From NCBI RefSeq assembly GCF_009914755.1, contig NC_060928.1: 64,000 nucleotides of DNA; one strand, 5' to 3'. This stretch comes from the human T2T-CHM13v2.0 reference genome, Homo sapiens. Of the stretch, positions 54,410 through 64,000 are shown one piece after another. The notes under the pieces are model-generated. The model saw nothing but the letters and a program-made list of their open reading frames with translations, did not search any database and was not told the DNA's origin. The position numbers and the translations under genes were made by a program. The stretch's first letter is position 1, and every line of letters begins with the position of its first letter.

Positions 54410-54600
54410 GTGATTACTTGTGTTTACAGCATTTTACTATATATTAGATACTATGGGAAGTGCTTTAAATATCTTTTATTTAAATTTGGCTAACTTGTAA
54501 TTTAAATATCATCATCACCATCTATTATGTTGCCAAAATGAGGCTTAAAGGAATTAAACAATGTGTTCAAGTCATAAGCTGTGGAGTCTGGGTTGAATGT
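54410..54600 (-). mobile_element. MIR
   Basis: TTACTATAT..AAGTGCTTTA...TGAGGCTTAAAGGAATTAAACAATGTGTTCAAGTCA. Confidence 0.6.
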
Positions 54601-55259
54601 AAACTGGAGAATATGTTTGATGCAGGACAGAGACTGTAAAACCTAGGATCTCTGATGTCAAATGTAGAACCAACGACTTATAAGAGGCACTGACCTCAGC
54701 TATTTATCTGAAAGTAACCAAAAAATACTAAATAATATGCGAATGTTTACTTTTATCTGCATGCTCACTTTATGAATCAGAGACATGCCACTGAATTATC
54801 TTTATTCCTGGCCAACTACTTGCTTCCCCCACTCTCCCTGAGAATGGTGGACACCAATCAGGATACTCTAAATGGAGATACCTGCGTTTCAGTTTCTGTG
54901 ATCCTAGTCTTCAAAAATTAATCATTCATATGTTTAAGTGATTTTACCATTTAATTCCCACTACGTGGGAGCTCAATAAGTAACTGTTGCATCCATTTCT
55001 GAATGATATACACCTAAGTCTTCAGTTTCTATTGTTTAGTTTCTTACAATAATTCACTTTATTTTGCATGTGGGGAAGGAGGACTTGAGTTTTTCTGCAA
55101 AGGGGGAAATGCTAAAGTTATTTATAAATGAGGAAGCTGTTTGAATTTCCAAAGATTGGCTGCAAAGGAAATTTAGTAGACACTAAAATCTCAGAAGAAA
55201 AAATATCAGGCTGCGGGAGAGGGAATGGGACAGCCAGGTGATCTTGAAGTGTTCCTAAT

Positions 55260-55600
55260 GTGTTGCGTGTTGGGTGAATCACTAATTCCCTCTAGGCTTC
55301 AGTTTCTCATTCTTGAAATGCTGATAATAATGTCTTATTCATGTAATTGTTCAGTATATTATGTAATATCATATATGTAAGACACCTGAAGTAGTGCCAG
55401 ACTCCACAGTTTGCATATAACAAATTTAATTTTAAATTTATTATTATTTTTATTATTAAATTCTCATATTCTGTGAACAAAAGTGATGTTATCTTCAATT
55501 TGCAAAGAATAAAATTCAGACTCACAAGATTAAGTAACTTGCCTAAAGTAGAACAGCTGGTACGTGGTGGAGCTGAGATTCAAAGCAAGGCAGCTCACAG
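55260..55600. mobile_element. Two tail-to-tail MIR fragments (+ about 55260-55410, - about 55490-55600)
   Basis: GGCTTCAGTTTCTCATTCTTGAAATG and GATTAAGTAACTTGCCTAAAGT..ACAGCTGGT..GTGGTGGAGCTGAGATTCAAA. Confidence 0.7.
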
Positions 55601-56577
55601 TGATTGCATAATGTAACCCTCCTAGAAAGCTCACAGTTGCCTTGGAGTGTGAGGCCGTGATGCTTTCCAACAATGTGTTGCTTGGTGATTACTCTGGCAC
55701 TCAAGAGTATATTTCACAAACGTAGACTACCTTCGATGCATTGTTGTTTATTTCATTGTTATTTAAGCAATATATGTTAAATCAGTTTTGATATTTTTCC
55801 TTGGTATTTTTGGAAAATATAAAAAGCAATTTATGAGAAGAGGTCGTTTTACTCCATGTTTATCACTGCTCTGGTATGATCATTATATCTTTTCTTAACA
55901 ACTGTAGAAACTACATAATTAAATATTAATTTGAATTTCCTTGTGAATATAATTCAATGGTTATGACAAACCACAGTTCCCTAGTGTAAATCTGCTCAAG
56001 TCAGAATTTTGCCACAGAAAATTATGACTGATTAGCCATAATTTCCTCTAAAATAAATTGTAATGGCTATTTATTTAGGTTCTGTATTACAAATGCTGAT
56101 TTATAAGGATACATATCTAAGTGATCCAAATTAAGTGTAAGATACATACATGCAGTTACTACTAACCTCTAAAGTCTAATTTTGAATTAATGGCTTTCAG
56201 ACACACTGTTACGTATGCCTGAGGCATAACACGTGAATATATTCTATGATTTCCTCTCTCCTAACCATTGAGCTTGCCGTTCTTTCTAATTCCTTAGCCA
56301 GCTCTCTCACATTTAACTCCCCAAACCAAGCCCTGAATTAAATTACACATTCTCTGTATATAGAGTTAGCTTTCCTCTATCACAGGCAATCAGGTAAAAA
56401 CAAAACGGATAAAAAACAAAACATCGTAAATGAAAGAATAATGTTTCTTTATTAACATAATTAAAATATACTTAAAATTTCATAGTAATGTGTAGTCAGT
56501 ATATGCAATATGGATATGCATATGTCATATGAAACATCTACTAACTAGTCAATCAAGGCTTCAATTAGATATGGTTT

Positions 56578-56580
<3 letters not shown>

Positions 56581-56617
<37 letters not shown>

Positions 56618-56622
56618 ACACA
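56581..56622. repeat. (CA)n microsatellite with one GA interruption
   Basis: Direct reading. Confidence 0.96.
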
Positions 56623-57184
56623 CTGCAAAGGAAGCAAGGATTTTGTAGATAATTGAAAATTAATAATAATTTCAAATTAACTGAGATTTCATTTTGTAAT
56701 GCCTTGGAGGATTTTAGCATCTCTAATTATTTTTTCTTGTTGGCTATGGTTTTTACTAGGCTCAGGAACGAAGGGGACTGATTACTTGTGGATCAGTTTT
56801 CCATTTGCGCCTGCCTGAATGGAAAATTATTTGCCAGATTTACTTACATACTTTACTAATAATTTTTCTGCTTCAGTTATATCAAATCAATTTTGAATTC
56901 CTGAAAACAGTGGAAGGCAGGAAAAGGCAAACCAGCAAAATAAACTTGAAAATATGCCATATAGGAATGTCTCATTTCATTAATTTAATAAGCAGCTTCT
57001 AATACTTAGTAGGCTAACTGATACATCACAGGTGCTTTATAAATGATTATAGGAAAATGATCATTGCTCCAGGTAGAAATATTGACAGTTTTTATTTTGT
57101 AGTCCCTAGCATTTTATTCTTCTTAAAATGATAAATATATTTTGATTGGTACTAAACTTGGAAACTTACAATCACCACAATATA

Positions 57185-57353
57185 TCTATCATTTACTGAA
57201 TGTGTAGTATATGTCAGGCACTAAGCTAAGCACCTTACAGTATTATCTTATTAAATTAAATCCTTGCATTGCATAGTCTGACAATTCTGATTCAAGAGAT
57301 GAAAGGATATTTCTTCTCTGAGAAAACATCAAATGGCGGATGGTCCCAGTGCA

Positions 57354-57384
<31 letters not shown>

Positions 57385-57490
57385 TGGATGAAGGGACAAA
57401 GAAAAAAGGAGATATGGAGATTACACTGCTTTTCCAAAGTTAAATAATTAGTAAATGTGAAGCCGCCATTAAAACCCAAACATTGCTACC
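57185..57490 (-). mobile_element. MIR containing a (GA)n tract at about 57354-57384
   Basis: CATTTACTGAATG..TATGTCAGGCACTAAGCTAAGCAC at the MIR 3' end; GA run read directly. Confidence 0.6.
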
Positions 57491-58268
57491 CTACTACCAT
57501 TATCACTTCTGGGAATTTCACTCTTATTCACCAGGCTACACAGCTTCTATTCAGTAAAGCAAATAGGAGTTCTCTTCAGCAAATTTTTCACTGAATTTCT
57601 GGGAAATAGTTGTGATGTAAAGAGCAATGAGTGACTTTTTCCTCTTGCCAGGCATTCAACTTTTGGCAATCCATGAAAATTTGGAATTCACAGTGCTTCA
57701 ATAAAGTGGAGATATTGTCTCACAGAGTCATAAAGGTTTAACAGTAGAGATGTTATATGATCAACAACTTCTTCAATTTTAGCTTTATTTTTAGCTCATC
57801 ATTAGCAAAATTGTTAGCAAATTACACTGTGTGATACAAAAAGGCTGACAGTCTCTGCTAAAATTTATTATCATGAAACCCTAATAATCCTGCAATATTC
57901 TCTGATAATTCAAATACATTTCTCACTGCTACTCCCTCTCTGAATTTTTGTCACCATTTTAAGCCCTTTTTCTTCTCCTAAAAAGTCCAGCCCCTTTTCT
58001 TCTCCATCATACATAACTGACAATTCTGTTTCCTGCTTTGGATAAAAAAAAAAAAATTAGAGCTAACTAAGAAAAATGTCTTCTAGGATTAAAGATACAA
58101 ACCTACTTATATATCTACATCTATCTTCACTCTCTTCCTTTCTGATATACCACAAAGAAGCTCTGCCTGTTCTTGTCTAAATCAAATCTACCCAGATCTT
58201 CCCACATTCAGTGAAATGTTGAAAAATTGAAACCTCTCTCTCAGATATTCAATCTCTCAACTGGTTAA

Positions 58269-58616
<348 letters not shown>

Positions 58617-58639
58617 CATTTGTATTGATTTTTAAACGC

Positions 58640-59149
58640 TGTGGCTGACTGTAATGTTAGCACTCTACCAATGAATCATGCCTCTGAATAGGATAGCTAA
58701 ACTCTTTTCTAGTCTTCTGTCATTGGCTTTGGGCTTAAACAAGTGATTTGTTTTGGTCAGTGGTCCATTAGCAAGCATGAGACAAGCAGATGGCTTGGTA
58801 AGCACTTGCACATTTGAACTGTTTGTTTTTGAAATCTCCTTCTTGGAATCCAGCTGTTAAACCATAAGGAAATCAGAGTTAAATCCTATGGTAAGCCAGA
58901 AGTCAGGAGGAGGAGTACTGAAAAACCAGGTTCATGAAGTAAAACCTTCTGGGACCTTTCAGCTGGGCCCAATTAGCAACAGATTATAACTGTGAATGAC
59001 TCCACTGATTTATCATGTGGAGCACATAAATTACTCAGCCAAATCTTGTCCAGTTTATAGACCCATAGACACGTGAAAAGTAAATCATTGCTGTTTTAAT
59101 ACACTTTATCTTGAGGTGGCTACTTATGTAGCAATAAATAGCTAAAGCA
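58640..59149 (+). mobile_element. MLT1G/H-like LTR
   Basis: CCAATGAATCATGCCTC...TTAGCAAGCATGAGACAAGCAG..GGCTTG..AAGCACTTGCACATT...TTATGTAGCAATAAATAGC. Confidence 0.7.
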
Positions 59150-59254
59150 AACATGCTAAAATGTTTCCTATTAGAAGAAACCTAAAAATATAACAGAAAA
59201 CCAAACATTGACAACATAAAACCTGGTATCAAATTTCATATTTTTTCCAATGAC

Positions 59255-59375
59255 TGTATACATATGTATATATAATATATATCTTACATATACATGACAA
59301 TATATACATACAAGGAATATATAGAATATGGAATATATATAATATATGGAAGACATATGTATATATAATGTATAT
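59255..59375. repeat. Degenerate TA-rich low-complexity tract
   Basis: Imperfect ATATAT/ACATAT units. Confidence 0.8.
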
Positions 59376-61003
59376 TCCATTGCAAAACATTCTCAAAACA
59401 GTTTTCATCACACATTCTATTTCACAATCACAAATTCCATCTTCAGTCCACGTAGATTTATATGTCTTCTGCCCTTGTCCCTCTAAGAACACAGCTCTAC
59501 TGAAAGAATATTAATGACTCTTTTCTGTTAAACCTTATATTTCTGTTCTCACTTTAAATGATCTCTTAATAGAACTAAGGAATTTTACAAAATTCCTCCG
59601 TGAAATACTTCCTTCATTCCAAACATTCTTTCTGATTTTACTCCTTACACATCCCATTCTTTCTTTCTAATTTTACTTCTTACATATTTTTGAATCATCT
59701 ACTTTATTCATGACCACAACTCAAAGTGATTTATATGATTCATTTTTAATGAATATTTAGTATACTACTGGTGCTTACTTCTACCAATTTTGCTTGATCT
59801 ATTAAATGTAAAATTATTTTTTGGCATTGAAAATCTAAAGAGGGTAAAGAAGAACAAATACATGGTGAAGTATATGCTTCTGATATTGGACGAGATGCCT
59901 TACAGAAGATAAAGTTAAGATTCTAATTTTAACAAATGTTTTAGAATATAGCATATATTTTTAGCATGTCAAGTAATAGATTATCTATGTTGAGTGTCAC
60001 CTCTTAAACTTTTCCTTCATGCCTATCACATAATGAAGTTGCTAAAATGGAATTGAGGCCCAGCTTTCTAAAGTGATAAAGGCAATTTCCTCAAAAGTGA
60101 ATATTTGAAAGAGAAATTCCTTTCTTATATGAACCTGCATCCTTGACAATCGATCTGCATATGAAGTGAAAACTCAGGCTTCCCAACTAATTGATATTTT
60201 TTTCTTATAGCCACAGTATGAGTTTACATAATTACAACCCTATAGTACTCCTTATCTGACTTGTTTTCTCACAACTATGTGTATTTCTAGCTTTGGAATA
60301 ACTTTAAAACTATCTGATCATAAAACAATTCATTGTTGACAGATAGTTATTTGACCTTCTGTTTTTGCAGGTAGTCAGATATACCAATTGCAAAATACGG
60401 TTTTAAAATTGTCCTTTTCTAAGCTTGGCAGCAATGTGAATTCTCATTAAATTTGTTTGTAATATTTATGACAGAATGCATGCATGAGAAAACCTTTTGT
60501 GAATGCTATGTATATATTGAAGTCTACAAGAAAACCTGTAACTTTGGATGTAAATATAGCTGAGAATACTAAGAAACCGTCTTCTGACAGTAAATCTATG
60601 CTAAGTCTGCAGACTCTACTTTAAATTACATAGAAACTGACATGCTTATTCCTGACATAGTCATCAGACCATGATTAATATATATTTTACATTTCATCAT
60701 GTGAGAAAAAGATGGGATTGTGGTTGAGCCTCAATTTCTCTTTTGTATGTTAGTTGCAAAAAAACAAATAAAGATAGAAAAGCTCTGGGCTCTTAATGGG
60801 TATTCTTCGAGATGAATCATAAGTTATACATACTTAATAGAAATCACTAAATCTAAAATTTCACTGCAAAAATAATTTATATTTTTTCATATATAAATCA
60901 TCAACAAAATAAATCCCCTCTTTTTTTTTCACAGAAAGACTCTGGCTCTTGTATTAGGGTTCTATTGGTATATAGATGGCACTTAAAGGATTTAGCAGGT
61001 ATT

Positions 61004-61021
61004 TAGTGCCAGATGGCACTA
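61004..61021. promoter_or_regulatory. Near-palindromic CTCF-like / E-box site
   Basis: TAGTGCCA-GA-TGGCACTA contains CAGATGGCACTA; a second AGATGGCACT lies at 60974-60983. Confidence 0.3.
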
Positions 61022-61771
61022 GAAATAACCATATTTGTGATTTTCATAGCTCCAGACAGCAAGCTTTTAGAGAATTTTCAAAATGTTTACTAGTAGTAAT
61101 AACAATATTTTTAAAGACACTTACCAACTGCTGCCTTTAATTTCCCAATTTTTTATTGAAAAGTAGTTTTCATGACTTCAATAATTTTTAATGCTTCTCA
61201 AATATCTTGACGCATAATTATTTTGCATATATACATATGCACTTTTAAGAAAATGTACACATTGTATTTCTCCATTTATTTTTTAATGCTTATTACAAAA
61301 TGGGATAAAAGCAAATTTTTGTTGAATTAACTAAAGGAAAATAATATAAAAATCTAACAATGGTAGGAGGAATTACCATACAGTGGAGAAACTTAACAAT
61401 GTATGGTGAACATTTTAGATGGTGTGCATCTATGGATACACACACATTCACAGATATTGCAAAATCTGAGTTTCACTACAGAGGTTAATATTCTGTTTAT
61501 CAGGAACTTTGAGAGGGTCGGATTCAGTTGTTGAATTTATCAATAGTATAAATATCTCCATGCTAGGAATCTGATTAGTCTATCCACTAATGCTGGATTA
61601 TTCTTTTTAGAATAGAGACACATCATTATCACCCATATAGATATAAATGATACTTTACTAATTTTCAGTTTGGACTATAACACCAAAGAGATTTAAAGAC
61701 AAATTCTCTGGAAAGTGAATGATTTCTCTATAGGTAAATTATAGGTAGTAGAAATCAAATTTTCACTGTCA

Positions 61772-61906
<135 letters not shown>

Positions 61907-64000
61907 TCAAAACTCAAAATATGGGAGTTCTACCTTTGCCACCAAACTTACTCTGACTTGAAATCAAAGTCAATTTTGAGAAGATTTTGACTGCTTTTAA
62001 TGTGATCTATGCTCATCACGATTTTCATAGTTTAATTTTCAGAAGACAGATTCATTTGTAAATACACGGTGGGGAAAGGGATCTCAGTGAAGTTCCAGCA
62101 ATCCTAGATCCTCGTTGTCTATACTTAATACATACCTGGTATGTAATATACTTTTTGTTAAATGGTTAAAAAAATAAATATGTGAATAGAAAGTGTTTTT
62201 CTTATGTAATTATATATTTATCGGAAAATATTCTCAATGTCCTACATCTCCATTTTTTCTAATTTTAAAAATGTACCTGTCCAGCAAACCTGAAGTTTGT
62301 TGCTCTAACTTAAACTTTGGTCCTTATATTCATGTACCAGCTTGGCCTCTTATATTTGATAAAAAGCAAATATGCCTATATAAATTTAAGTTCATCAATT
62401 ATTTGAATGCTATGGAAACATTTAGTTCCCTGAAAAGCAAAAACCCAAAAGACCAAACTGGGTGTTTTGCAAAATTTGGCATTACAATTAATCAAAGGCA
62501 GCTTGCTTTGCAAATATATAAGCACGAATAGAAATGAGAAGTAATCATAAGTTACTCAGTAATTAAATGCATATTTGCTTCAATTCAAAAGTTAAGATTG
62601 TATAACATTTTTATACAGTATTCCTATACAAGCTCATTTTTAATAAGATTTTATTGTGTAATGTAATTATCACAAGGACTCTGAGTTAAATCTTATCATA
62701 ATTTTTCACATATACAAAAGTGACTTAATCTTTCTCCCTCTACCCCTCATTTCCTCAGCTTCCTGAAGTTTTTGTATTGATTAAAGAACAATCCTAACCA
62801 TTGCCATTATAAACATCTTAAAAAGGCAGATCATTATAGGTAATATTTTGGTGTGCAAAAGAAAGTTACAGTAAAAATTTTACATTACATAATGGCTCAC
62901 TTCAGTTTTAATGTTCTGCATGCTACACAAGCAGATAGACCATTTGTGTGCTTACGTATTACATGAGTAGTGATTTAGCAGAAGGTAAACTTGAAGCAAG
63001 TTTAATTACCTAAGCAGATTGTCTTATTTAGTTTTCTCTCTCCAACTTAATAAATTAATGTAAAACTTATATATGGAAAATGTGATAAATTGTAAGATCA
63101 ATAATCATTAACACAGTAAAATGAATGCTGTGCTATACAAATATATCTTAAAACAGTAGTTATTCTTGCCACAAACTGTCTGTACAATGGGCAGATTGCA
63201 GAGAGTGCTGAAAGTCTTATTCTAGAAGATCAGTTCTTAGAAATGTCATGAAGGAACTATGAAAATGCACTTCTGTAATTGTTTCTATCTTATGCGCCTC
63301 TGTAAGACCACTGAATTACTAGAATAAACCAGTTTCCTTACCATTTCAGAGGGCTAATTCTTTGTTCATTGTCATCCTGAAAGAAGAAAGAAAAGTTTTA
63401 ATACATTAAAGCTCTTCGTTTTACTGTTCAGTTTTTTAGTTAATTTAATGTCCTAAGAATTCACACAGGGGCTTTGGCAGTGGTTGTGGCATTAAACTGC
63501 ATTTTAAGTGCCTGTGTAAGATGCAACAACATCATTACCTTGAATGAAAGTTCAAGAAGAACACTCTGTTGGGAGTATTATAGTATCTGACATGAAGAAA
63601 ATAATTCATGAGTACTCTTCATAAAATTAGCTTTATTTCTCCATTCTAGAATAAATGATAGGGCATTCGACAGAATACATCCTAAATCAGTAGCAAGCTG
63701 CCCCTCCTAAATCTCAATAACTGTCTGGGGTAATCTTCGACAGCTGGGTGCTATTAGGATTTGTTCTAATGGTGACAATGTGGAATACGCTAACATGGGG
63801 CTTATTGCCACTTATCCAGCAGGGGCATGAAATGAGGTGACATGGTAATGAGTTGATACAAATGACTTTTGTAACTTTCACACTGCTACCAGGCTGAGGC
63901 AGGCAATCAGAGGGAAACTATTGTCTGCCTTTCGTGACGGTTTTAATGTGTTCCATTTGATTTAATACTGCTGGTAGGCAAAATGTGAAAGGAAAGTAGG

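Overview
AT-rich, CpG-depleted primate (human-like) genomic DNA from an intergenic or deep-intronic region. I find no credible protein-coding gene, rRNA, tRNA or CRISPR array; the listed ORFs are repeat-derived or low-complexity shadows. Much of the window is recognisable interspersed repeat: Alu (J, S, Y and FLAM), MIR, L2, old L1/HAL1, MaLR LTRs (a two-LTR MSTA element, THE1, MLT1), ERV1 LTRs and a two-LTR LTR37-like provirus, a decayed ERVL gag-pro-pol relic, hAT DNA transposons and microsatellites. Subfamily names come from my recollection of consensus sequences, not a database search, and boundaries of old elements are approximate. I see no evidence for a new biological system. The best oddities are a perfect 60-bp direct duplication, a candidate 71-nt non-coding exon with good splice signals, an ERV-internal segment repeated right after a 3' LTR, an isolated 70-bp L1 fragment, a palindromic CTCF-like site and several repeat-free enhancer-like blocks.
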